From a virus (taxonomy: Duplodnaviria > Caudoviricetes): a stretch of 50,547 bases of DNA. Positions 8,127-15,916 of this stretch are shown one piece after another. The DNA is taken from positions 1 to 50,547 of IMG/VR virus record IMGVR_UViG_3300020156_000007. One strand, written 5' to 3'. A program made the translations under genes and the position numbers. The notes under the pieces were generated by a model. That model did not search any database, was not told where the DNA came from, and saw only the letters and a program-made list of their open reading frames with translations. Each line of letters begins with the position of its first letter. Position 1 is the first letter of the stretch.

Positions 8127-8373
8127 GGCCGGGCTCCTTCCGGCCCCAGCCGGTCCGGCGCCGGTCGAGTTCCTCGGTCGTCGCCGCCAGCAGGTCCTGG
8201 TGCACAGAGCCCACGGATGCGCCGGGCCAGTGGCCGCGCGCGTTGGCGACGAGGCGCGCCAGTTCGGTCAGGGGGATATCCTGGAGGCGGACGTAGCGGC
8301 CGATGTTGTCGCTCCACCAGGTGCGGCCCGCGTTGGCGTCGTCCTGGCTGAAGGTGCGGGTGAGGCGGGTCAT
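8119..8373 (-). CDS. Hypothetical protein
   Basis: MTRLTRTFSQDD..., coupled to its neighbours. Confidence 0.6.
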   Translation of the reverse strand: MTRLTRTFSQDDANAGRTWWSDNIGRYVRLQDIPLTELARLVANARGHWPGASVGSVHQDLLAATTEELDRRRTGWGRKEPGHA

Positions 8374-8375
8374 GC

Positions 8376-8567
8376 TCACGGCTCCAGTTGCAGGTAGGGG
8401 GTGAAGGTGCGCCGGCGGGCCAGGGCGCTGGCGGTTAGGAAGGGGATGGCCAGCGGCCAGAGCAGGGCCAGCCAGAGCCAGCGCAGGCCGACCCAGCGGA
8501 TCGCCCAGGCACCGACCAGCGTACCCGCGAGGTAGACCAGGCCGAGGATGGCGAGCGGGATCATCAC
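8376..8567 (-). CDS. Small two-TM membrane protein
   Basis: MIPLAILGLVYLAG...WLWLALLWPLAIPF; GTGA overlap with the ParB-domain gene. Confidence 0.6.
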   Translation of the reverse strand: MMIPLAILGLVYLAGTLVGAWAIRWVGLRWLWLALLWPLAIPFLTASALARRRTFTPYLQLEP

Positions 8568-10762
8568 GCACCCGCCATTTCGAAGTCGCGGGTGGACTCC
8601 ACCGGCTTGGGCTTGAAGGGGTTGGGGAGGCCGGCCAGGCCGTTGACGGCGTAGACGGTCAGCATGGCCAGCACGGCCTCGAGGCCGTAGGGCTGGTCGC
8701 CTTCGGGGTCGATGACGGCCAGCACTTCCTCGCGGGCGTTCAGCAGGTAGCCGTTGTCGCCGTACTGGACCGGGCCTTCGCCGATGCAGTCCAGCAGCAG
8801 CTCGCGGAACTCGGCGATGTCTTCGTCGCTGCCGACGCCCTGGGCGACCAGGCGGGCGGCGCGGGCGGCCAGTTCCTGGCCGCGGGAGACTTCGGCGTCC
8901 ATGGCGCCGGGCTCGCCGGGGCGGTCGGGCGGCAGGATGTCGGGGGCCGGGGTGAGCGGCGGCAGGTCGCCCGCCTGGCGCGGCGGCAGGGCGGCGCTGA
9001 GGTCGAGGAAGGCGCTGGCGTTGTCGTGCCAGGTGTCGTCGGTCAGGGCCGGTAGGCCCGCGGCCTGGCGGGCGGCGTCGAGGCCCTTGGGGTTGTAGTG
9101 GATGCCGGCGCCGTCGGCGGTCGGATAGGCCCAGCCGCGGCGGACCAGCTCGGCGCGGCCGGCGTCGGTCAGCATGGCGGCGCGGGGCTTGCCGGGCAGA
9201 ACGACGGTCTTCGCCAGCTTGTGGTGCAGCAGTTCGCAGAACTCGGCCGAGGTCCATTCCTGGTGGACCTGGGTCGCCGAGCCGTTGATGCCCGCGTGGA
9301 CGAGGTCGCGGGTCTGGCAGGCGCGGGCCAGTTCGATCAGGGCCAGCGCGGTGCGGGGCTTGAGGGTCGGGGCGTCGGCTGAGCCCCCTCCGTCCGCTTC
9401 GCGGCCACCTCCCCCAGGCGGGGGAGGAGAGGCGCTGTCGCGCACCGGGTTCTCGCGTTCGACGCGGGCCTGCAGGGCGTCGGCGGCGTCGGCCGGGTCG
9501 GCGCGCAGGGCGCCGGGGGTGGTGAAATCCTCCAGGGCGGTCTGCGCCGGATCCACGGTGCGGAGGAAGTCGGTGACGTAGAATCCTTCGTCGGCCGCGA
9601 GCTTCGCCGCCGTGTCGCCGACGACGGCGGTGCGGATCTCGGCAAGCAGTTCGGCGCGGCGGTCGTGAAAGCCGTGTTCCGCCAGCCAGCGCTCGACGCG
9701 CGGGTCTTCGGTGCGGACCCGGGCGAGGCCGTGCGGGCCGCGTTCGATCAGTTCGATCAGGCCGCGTTCGTAGAGGGTGGCGGCGCCGCCCCCGCGGGGG
9801 ACGAAGACCAGTTCCGCCCAGCGGTAGGCGTCCGCTTTCGGAGCCCAGGAGGCGGGGACGTGGACCCCGTCCGTCTCCACCTTGTCCGCCAGTTCCACCA
9901 GCACCAGGGCCAGCTTGTCGGTCAGGTCGAGGTCGCGGCAGCTTTCGCGCAGGGCCTCCCACGTCATCTCCCCGCGCTTGTGCGCCGCGATGGCCTCTGG
10001 CGTGGCCTTGCGGATGATCTGGACGGCTTCCTGCACCAGGCGGACGTGCTTGCCGGTGCGGCGAGCGGCCTCGGCGGCGGACCAGCCGGTGCGCTCGATC
10101 AGGGCGGCGTAGGCCTGGGCTTCATCCAGGGCCGGCAGGTTCGCCCGCTGGCCGTTCTCGACCAGGGCGTCGAGCAGGGTCTCGGCCTCTTCCTGGCCGG
10201 GCTCGGAGGGGGCCTCGACGAAGGGCATGGGGTGGCCGGCGGGCAGGCGGCCCTGTTCGATCAGCAGGCCGACGGCCCGCCAGCGGCGCTCGCCGGCGCG
10301 CAGGGTGCGGACGCCATGCTCGTCGGCGGGGAAGGTCACCACGGGCTGGATCTGGCGGCCGGACACGATGGTCTCGGCCAGCCCCTCCAGCTCGACGGGG
10401 TCGATGGCCTTGCGGGGATTGAGCGGGTTGGGGCGCAGGCGATCGTGGGGCCAGGCGGTCGGGGCGGCATTGCCCCCTCCGTCCGCTTCGCGTCCACCTC
10501 CCCCAGGAGGGGCAGGAGAGCGGCCTTCGAGGGCGTCGAGACCGGGCAGCAGGGCGCGACCGGCGGCGGTCAGGGTCAGGCTGTCGGCGGCGACGAAGCC
10601 GGCGGCGCGCAGGGCGGCGACGGAGCGGGCCACGTTGGACGTGTCGCGCCCGACCGCTCGGCCGAGCGCGGTCCAGCCGGGTTCGGCGCCGGGGTTCTCG
10701 GCGATCCAGCGGATCAGGGGCGCGTTGGAGACCGCCAGCACGGTCGGGGTGATGCTGCTCAT
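8564..10762 (-). CDS. ParB/Spo0J-domain multi-HTH protein (732 aa)
   Basis: N-terminal HTH; LRPNPLNPRK, AGERRWRA Arg patch, ENGQRANL, HTH; long C-terminal extension. Confidence 0.85.
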   Translation of the reverse strand: MSSITPTVLAVSNAPLIRWIAENPGAEPGWTALGRAVGRDTSNVARSVAALRAAGFVAADSLTLTAAGRALLPGLDALEGRSPAPPGGGGREADGGGNAAPTAWPHDRLRPNPLNPRKAIDPVELEGLAETIVSGRQIQPVVTFPADEHGVRTLRAGERRWRAVGLLIEQGRLPAGHPMPFVEAPSEPGQEEAETLLDALVENGQRANLPALDEAQAYAALIERTGWSAAEAARRTGKHVRLVQEAVQIIRKATPEAIAAHKRGEMTWEALRESCRDLDLTDKLALVLVELADKVETDGVHVPASWAPKADAYRWAELVFVPRGGGAATLYERGLIELIERGPHGLARVRTEDPRVERWLAEHGFHDRRAELLAEIRTAVVGDTAAKLAADEGFYVTDFLRTVDPAQTALEDFTTPGALRADPADAADALQARVERENPVRDSASPPPPGGGGREADGGGSADAPTLKPRTALALIELARACQTRDLVHAGINGSATQVHQEWTSAEFCELLHHKLAKTVVLPGKPRAAMLTDAGRAELVRRGWAYPTADGAGIHYNPKGLDAARQAAGLPALTDDTWHDNASAFLDLSAALPPRQAGDLPPLTPAPDILPPDRPGEPGAMDAEVSRGQELAARAARLVAQGVGSDEDIAEFRELLLDCIGEGPVQYGDNGYLLNAREEVLAVIDPEGDQPYGLEAVLAMLTVYAVNGLAGLPNPFKPKPVESTRDFEMAGA
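9384..9430. repeat. REP-like element inserted in frame in the ParB-domain gene (copy 1)
   Basis: ccccctccgtccgcttcgcggccacctcccccaggcgggggaggaga; near-identical to 10473..10519. Confidence 0.8.
10473..10519. repeat. REP-like element inserted in frame in the ParB-domain gene (copy 2)
   Basis: Both copies encode SPxPPGGGGREADGGG. Confidence 0.8.
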
Positions 10763-11064
10763 CAGTGGCACTCGGTGCTGGAGGGGCTGGGCGGGGTGGT
10801 GCCGATCAGGCCCGCCTCGGCGAGGCCGCGCAGGGTGCTGCACCCGCTGCATTCGCTGTCCGCCGGGATGTGTTCGCAGACGGATTCCAGCAGGCGGCGC
10901 GCGGCGAGGATCATCTCGGCCGGCTGTCCGTGGGCGTAGAGCTCGGCCCCCTCGCCGCGGAGGATGACGAAGGCGTAGCCGTCGCTTCCGGCGAGTTCGC
11001 GCAGCTTGCGATAGATGCGCCGGTCCCGGGCGCTCATCGTCGATGTGTCGTCGTGGGTGGGCAT
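10762..11064 (-). CDS. Hypothetical protein
   Basis: TGATG coupling to the ParB-domain gene; CxxC motif. Confidence 0.65.
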   Translation of the reverse strand: MPTHDDTSTMSARDRRIYRKLRELAGSDGYAFVILRGEGAELYAHGQPAEMILAARRLLESVCEHIPADSECSGCSTLRGLAEAGLIGTTPPSPSSTECH

Positions 11065-11075
11065 GATCGGGCCTT

Positions 11076-11534
11076 TCAGTGGGCGGGTTGGTCGTCGGCC
11101 GGGGTCCAGCCTTCGGCGGCCAGCTGCTCGAGGCAGGCGCGGGCCTCCGGGGCGGTGACGCCGGTGTGGAAGACGGCGAAGGGGACGAGGCCGTCCGGCT
11201 CGCCGCTGAGGTGTGGGTGCAGGTGCGTCGGGGGCGACGCCAGCAGGGCGGGCTCCCCGCCGTAGTCGCCCAGGCTGACCTGATCGGGGCGCTTGCCGAT
11301 CTTCACGAGCGCCGTCTGCACGGCCTTCAGGGGCCGGGCCTGGGGCGAGCTGATCCAGCGGCGTTTGTCGTCGATGGCGGCGTGGGCGAGCCGCGGCGCG
11401 AAGGGGGTGAGATGAATGCCGACCGCGCGCCGGGCCGCCAACAGGTTGGCGAAGTCGGCGGGCGACATGCGAGCGCCGCTCGCGGTCGCCTGGGCGGCGG
11501 CCTCGGCCCGGGTCTGGAAGGCGGGGGCGCTCAT
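11076..11534 (-). CDS. Hypothetical protein
   Basis: Early-left operon member. Confidence 0.65.
   Translation of the reverse strand: MSAPAFQTRAEAAAQATASGARMSPADFANLLAARRAVGIHLTPFAPRLAHAAIDDKRRWISSPQARPLKAVQTALVKIGKRPDQVSLGDYGGEPALLASPPTHLHPHLSGEPDGLVPFAVFHTGVTAPEARACLEQLAAEGWTPADDQPAH
11469..11483. repeat. 15-bp dispersed palindrome, copy 4
   Basis: GCGAGCGCCGCTCGC. Confidence 0.9.
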
Positions 11535-11613
11535 CGCGCCACGCTCCAGCGGCCCCAGCGGCGCACCAGCCGGATGCGGCGGGAGCGGCGGGCGAGGAAG
11601 GTCAGGAGGGCGC

Positions 11614-11775
11614 TCACAGCCCGGCCTTGCAGAGCAGGAAGGCGAGCGTGCCGCTGGCCAGCGCGACCAGGACGTGGATGGCCCAGGCGGGGAGGCGTCG
11701 CGCGCCGGGAAACTGGCGGACGATGACGTGCGGCCCGCTGGCCTCGTGGCCGGTGATGTTGTGCTGAAGGGCCAT
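11614..11775 (-). CDS. Small membrane protein
   Basis: 53 aa (MALQHNITGH...WAIHVLVALASGTLAFLL), translated by hand; TGATG coupling. Confidence 0.5.
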   Translation of the reverse strand: MALQHNITGHEASGPHVIVRQFPGARRLPAWAIHVLVALASGTLAFLLCKAGL

Positions 11776-12113
11776 CAGGCGGCCGCCTGTTCGTGCGCCA
11801 GCGCGTCGAGCACGCCGGACTTGCGGCTCTCGGCGACCTGACGGGTGAAGGCGATGCAGCCGGCCAGGGCGACCTGGCGGGCGAGGTTGAGGCGCGGGCC
11901 GCGCTCGCCGGCGCCGAGGCGGGCGGACAGTTCGATCGCGTCGACCGGCGCGAAGCGCCAGACCTGACGGTCGATGCGCAGGAAGACGCAGGGCGCGAGG
12001 TCATCGCGGTCGCCCGCGACGGCGAAGGCGTCGGCGTCGCCGGGCATGGCGTGGAGGGCGTGGCGGACATCTTCCACGGTTGGCGCGGTGTAGAGGGTGG
12101 GCAGGTCGGACAT
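11775..12113 (-). CDS. Hypothetical protein, first gene of the PL operon
   Basis: GGAG RBS before ATG12113, downstream of PL. Confidence 0.65.
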   Translation of the reverse strand: MSDLPTLYTAPTVEDVRHALHAMPGDADAFAVAGDRDDLAPCVFLRIDRQVWRFAPVDAIELSARLGAGERGPRLNLARQVALAGCIAFTRQVAESRKSGVLDALAHEQAAA

Positions 12114-12139
12114 GGCGAACGCTCCGATGAAGACGTCGC

Positions 12140-12192
12140 ACCATGATGCGGGCAACTGCCCGCGTCAATACAAAAGCGGGCAAGAACCCGCA
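12140..12192 (-). promoter_or_regulatory. PL promoter with OL operators
   Basis: -35 TTGACG (12163-12168, minus strand); operators tgcgggcaactgcccgc (12147-12163) and gcgggcaagaacccgca (12176-12192) match OR. Confidence 0.85.
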
Positions 12193-12240
12193 TGACGATC
12201 CCGCGGGCCGCGCCTAGGTTGAGTGGGGAGGCGGGGGAAC

Positions 12241-13011
12241 ATGCTGAACTTCGAACATTTCGTGCGCGTGCGATCGGCTCTGACGGGGCGCGCGGCGGAG
12301 GCCAGGGCGGAGCGTTTCGGGCGGCCGGTCGGCGGCGCAGCGTTCGACGACGACGCCATGATGGTGATGGTCGACGCGCCTCCGGCGGACCCCATCGCCT
12401 TCCACATGGTCTACACCGACGCGAAGAAGGACCTGACCGGGCGCTGCATCACCGTCCGATCCCTGCGCGAGGAGTTGGACGAGGTCCGGGTCGGGGCGAT
12501 CTGCCATTTTCGCAATGCTCTGCGCAGCTTCCTGGGATCGCGCATCGTCGAGCTGACGGACCTGGCGACGGGCGAGGTGCACGACGACGGCCTCGCCTAT
12601 TTCCGCAGCCATCCGTTCCTGCGCCCCGCGACGGCCGACGTGCTGTCCGGGCTGTCGAACGAGATCCTGGCCATGCAGGCCTGCCGCGACGAGATCATTC
12701 TGCTGACCTTCGTCGGCGCCGCCGACGGCATGCTCGATCCCGACGAGATGGATGAGATCGTGAAGCACGTCTTCGACAGCGCCGACGACGCGCTGGACGA
12801 GGGGGAAATCCGGCGCCGCGCCGCATCGTTCGTGCCGGACGAGCGCGCCTTCTATCGGGCCCTGGACCGGATCTGCGAACGGGACGGCGACGCCCGGCTG
12901 CTGATGCGGTCCCTGCGTCGGGTGGTGGACGCCGACGGGGAGGTCGACGTCGAGGAGATCGCGTTCGTCGACGAGATCGCGCGACGCCTCGAAGCCGCCG
13001 GCAAGCTCTAG
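12241..13011 (+). CDS. WYL-like plus TerB-like fusion protein
   Basis: YTDAKKDLTGRCI...AICHFRNALRSFLGSRI (WYL-like); AADGMLDPDE and DADGEVDVEE (TerB metal-binding motifs). Confidence 0.75.
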   Translation: MLNFEHFVRVRSALTGRAAEARAERFGRPVGGAAFDDDAMMVMVDAPPADPIAFHMVYTDAKKDLTGRCITVRSLREELDEVRVGAICHFRNALRSFLGSRIVELTDLATGEVHDDGLAYFRSHPFLRPATADVLSGLSNEILAMQACRDEIILLTFVGAADGMLDPDEMDEIVKHVFDSADDALDEGEIRRRAASFVPDERAFYRALDRICERDGDARLLMRSLRRVVDADGEVDVEEIAFVDEIARRLEAAGKL

Positions 13012-13373
13012 CGGCCGAGGCTGACCCCGCCGACGCGGCAGACGGCGATCACCCGGTCGTAGCTGGTCGTGCGGCCGTTGCGACCGCGGCGGACGGTGCA
13101 GACCGCGTGCCGGGCCTTGTTGCGCATCATCCGCCGCTTGGCCGCCTCGCCTTCGGGCGTGCCGAGTTCGGCCGCGTCGGCGTCCTCCAGTCGCACCTCG
13201 ACCAGGCCGTCGGCCGTGCGCACACAGATGCTGTCGCCGTCGATCACCCAGCCGATCGGGCCGGAGAAGGTCTGGCCCTCACGGGTGGGCAGGGGCGCTT
13301 CGCAGGGGTCCGCGAGCGCAGGGCTGGCGGCCAGCCCCAGGACGAAGACGCCAGCGACGAGCGGCGCTCGCAT
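13008..13373 (-). CDS. Secreted thermonuclease (SNase)-like protein, short
   Basis: Signal peptide; VIDGDSI, VRLxxxDAxE, SYDRVIAVC; coupled to cI by TGATG. Confidence 0.8.
   Translation of the reverse strand: MRAPLVAGVFVLGLAASPALADPCEAPLPTREGQTFSGPIGWVIDGDSICVRTADGLVEVRLEDADAAELGTPEGEAAKRRMMRNKARHAVCTVRRGRNGRTTSYDRVIAVCRVGGVSLGR
13357..13371. repeat. 15-bp dispersed palindrome, copy 5
   Basis: ACGAGCGGCGCTCGC. Confidence 0.85.
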
Positions 13374-14062
13374 CAGAAGGACACGTAGGCGCGGAGAACC
13401 TTGGCCACGATCTCGACCGTGTCGCCGTTCTCCAGGTTCATGTCCTCGCCGACGTCGAGCGGCTGGGACCACTTGTCGTTGTAGGATCGCGGCCAGAGCT
13501 GAATGCCCTCGGGCGCCAGAACGACCTGTTTCACCGTGCGCTCGCGGAAGGCTCCCTGGGCGCGGGTGCGGACGACGACAACGACGTCTTCGTGGGCGGG
13601 CTCGTAACCCATGGCTATGGCGTCGACGACGTGGATCAGGGCGCCGTCGGGGATGAAGCGATTGTAGGAGTCGCCGCGCACGCGCTCCAGCCACTGCGGC
13701 CAGCGCTCGTAGCCTTCGACCAGCTGGGCCCGGTGCACGCCGAGCGGCTCGTCCACGGCCTCGTCCGTCGCCAGCCAGGCGCCGGCGGCCACCTCATAGC
13801 GGATGGGCAACATGGTCTCGGGCTGTAGGGGCAGGGGAGGGCCTTCGCCCGGCTCGTCGGTGACGCCCAGCAGGTAGTCGACGCTGCAGGCCAGCACGCT
13901 CGCCAGCTTGGCCAGGTTCTCGGCGCGGGGCGAGGTCTCCGGGCGACGGCGCAGGGTCCGGATGAAGTCCCGGCCCAGGCCAGCCTCGCGCGACGCGCCC
14001 TCGGGCGACTTACCGAGGGCCTCGAGCCGCTCGTCTATCCGGTTCAGCAGGGTCGTGGACAT
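13373..14062 (-). CDS. cI: CI-like repressor (XRE HTH plus S24 peptidase)
   Basis: HTH ...LASVLACSVDYLLG; VAAG cleavage site, VRGDS Ser, TVK Lys. Confidence 0.9.
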   Translation of the reverse strand: MSTTLLNRIDERLEALGKSPEGASREAGLGRDFIRTLRRRPETSPRAENLAKLASVLACSVDYLLGVTDEPGEGPPLPLQPETMLPIRYEVAAGAWLATDEAVDEPLGVHRAQLVEGYERWPQWLERVRGDSYNRFIPDGALIHVVDAIAMGYEPAHEDVVVVVRTRAQGAFRERTVKQVVLAPEGIQLWPRSYNDKWSQPLDVGEDMNLENGDTVEIVAKVLRAYVSF

Positions 14063-14073
14063 GGCCGCGACAC

Positions 14074-14146
14074 TGCCGCGCAACTGCCCGCACATGAACG
14101 CGGGTTCTTGCCCTTGACCATGCGGGCAACTGCCCGCATACAATCC
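14074..14146. promoter_or_regulatory. OR operators with PR/PRM
   Basis: Three related sites (14074-14092, about 14099-14115, and near-palindromic atgcgggcaactgcccgcat at 14120-14139); TTGACC at 14114. Confidence 0.85.
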
Positions 14147-14150
14147 GACC

Positions 14151-14411
14151 ATGTCCATCTCGCAATTCCTCGCACGCTGCGACGCCTATCGGGCCCGCCG
14201 CAACGTCAGTGACGCGCGGCTGAGCACCCTCCTGTTCAACGACGGCAAGAAGATCGGCCTGCTGCGGGCAGGCGGAGACATCGGCGTCCTGACCCTCGCA
14301 CGGGTCGAGCAGGTGTTGGCCGGGCTCGAATCGGAACTGCCGGACGGACCATCGGAAACCCCCTGTGATGACGCCGTCGAACCTGCCCTCGCGCAGGCGC
14401 CGGCGCAGTAG
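14151..14411 (+). CDS. Cro-like regulator (probably leaderless mRNA)
   Basis: Divergent from cI; SDARLSTLLFNDGK HTH-like; no SD sequence. Confidence 0.8.
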   Translation: MSISQFLARCDAYRARRNVSDARLSTLLFNDGKKIGLLRAGGDIGVLTLARVEQVLAGLESELPDGPSETPCDDAVEPALAQAPAQ

Positions 14412-14432
14412 GAAAGCGAGGCGTTCGTTCCT

Positions 14433-14864
14433 ATGAACCGGCTCCAGCACAAGTTTCACGCCCGGCGCCTGATCGGAGAATGCGGCGGGCTGGCCGCGGC
14501 GGCGGCGGCCCTGGTCAACCGCAAGGGCTGCGCCCAGCGGCTCGGCGAATACCAGAACCCCAACCACGACGCGGTCATGCCGGCGGACGTGATCTGGGAC
14601 CTGGAGCAGTTCTGCGGCAAGCGGATCTACAGCCGGGCCCTGTTCCAGTCCGGCCCCGACGAAGGCACGGCCGAGGAGTGCGCCCTGAACGGGGCGCTGG
14701 AGGCGACCGAGGCGGTCGTCGACCTGCAGCAACGCCTGCGCCTGGCGACGAAGGACGGCCAGCTCTCGATGGCCGAGGGCGACGCGGCCCTGCACCAGAT
14801 CGAACAGGCGCGCGAGCAGCTGGACGAGGTCGCCCGCACGATCCGCCTGGGTCGCGGCCAATGA
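14433..14864 (+). CDS. CII-like regulatory protein
   Basis: Position after cro; YQNPN..MPADVIxxLE...DGQLSxxE pattern. Confidence 0.65.
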   Translation: MNRLQHKFHARRLIGECGGLAAAAAALVNRKGCAQRLGEYQNPNHDAVMPADVIWDLEQFCGKRIYSRALFQSGPDEGTAEECALNGALEATEAVVDLQQRLRLATKDGQLSMAEGDAALHQIEQAREQLDEVARTIRLGRGQ

Positions 14865-15037
14865 CCGCCCGCGACCTTCCTGACCTGCGCGACGCCTGGT
14901 CGATCCTCGGTCAGGTCACCGGCTGGCCCGAGCGGCCGGGGCGGCTGACGCCGGGCGCCTCGCGACAGCCGCAGCGGTTTCCGCAGGGCGCACCGGCCTG
15001 GCTGGCGCCGGGCGTCGTGCGCGGGAGGGCGGAGTGA
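14861..15037 (+). CDS. Hypothetical protein
   Basis: ATGA coupling. Confidence 0.5.
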   Translation: MTARDLPDLRDAWSILGQVTGWPERPGRLTPGASRQPQRFPQGAPAWLAPGVVRGRAE

Positions 15038-15306
15038 TGGCGGCTCCCCTGACCCTCGAGGCCATGCGCTACCTCGCCCAGGTCCGCGTCACGCCCAACA
15101 GCCTGGGCGTCTTCCCCGACCTTCACGCGCTGGCGGAACGGTTCGCCGTGACCGGCGGGGAGATGAACCTGGTGCTGGACGCCCTGCAGAGGCGCACGCC
15201 GGAAGAGGCATATGCCTCGCTGTGCGAGCGGTTGGGGCTGCCGGCCGAGCCCAGGCCCGCAGGCCTGGGCGGGTTCCTGCGCTCGAAGTTCGGGGGCGCC
15301 TCGTGA
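15034..15306 (+). CDS. Hypothetical protein
   Basis: Overlap coupling. Confidence 0.6.
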   Translation: MMAAPLTLEAMRYLAQVRVTPNSLGVFPDLHALAERFAVTGGEMNLVLDALQRRTPEEAYASLCERLGLPAEPRPAGLGGFLRSKFGGAS

Positions 15307-15698
15307 AGCGGGCCCCGAAGTTCCGCCGGTCGCTGCTGGTCGGCGAGGCCCTGGCCGACGACCTGGTCCGATTCGATCGGCTGGGCCGGGCGGCGGCCGC
15401 TGTGCTGGCCGATCCCGAGGCCGGGATGGCCGAGCTGGAGGCCGCGGCGACGTCCGCCGCGCGCTCGACCCTGCCCCGGGCACAGCGCTGGCGGGGCAGC
15501 CCGCTGTACCTGCTGGTGCGCACCGCCCAGGCCGTTCCGAACCTGCCCGACCAACTGCGGGCCGAAGGGCTGGCGCGGCTGAAGCGTCATCTCGATGCCG
15601 TCGAGGGCGTCTCCGTCACCGGGGCCGACGCCTCGGAGCGGGCGGCGCCGGCCGAGATCCTGCCGGAGCGCGAGCCGCGCCGGGACGTGTTCGGATGA
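15303..15698 (+). CDS. Hypothetical protein
   Basis: GTGA coupling. Confidence 0.6.
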   Translation: MKRAPKFRRSLLVGEALADDLVRFDRLGRAAAAVLADPEAGMAELEAAATSAARSTLPRAQRWRGSPLYLLVRTAQAVPNLPDQLRAEGLARLKRHLDAVEGVSVTGADASERAAPAEILPEREPRRDVFG

Positions 15699-15916
15699 GC
15701 CCGCGCTTCAACCGCAACGCCTCCTGCCTCGGCATGGGGTACGGGGTGGGCGTCCGCCGCGGGCCGATGAGCGCCTGGGAGATCGACTTCGCCCTGCAGA
15801 AGCGCCGTCTGCGCGCCGGCTGGGCCGACATCGCCGGCATGTTGGGCCGCTCCGAGCCGGACGTGCGGCTCGCCTGCGAAGAGGCGCTCGCCGCCGTGGA
15901 GGCCGCCCGTGGCTGA
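15695..15916 (+). CDS. Small HTH protein
   Basis: GWADIAGMLGRSEPDVR HTH. Confidence 0.6.
   Translation: MSPRFNRNASCLGMGYGVGVRRGPMSAWEIDFALQKRRLRAGWADIAGMLGRSEPDVRLACEEALAAVEAARG

Noticed and set aside
10279-10293. One-mismatch palindrome copy GCCAGCGGCGCTCGC
   Set aside because: Core mismatch, and explained by the conserved ParB GERRW codons
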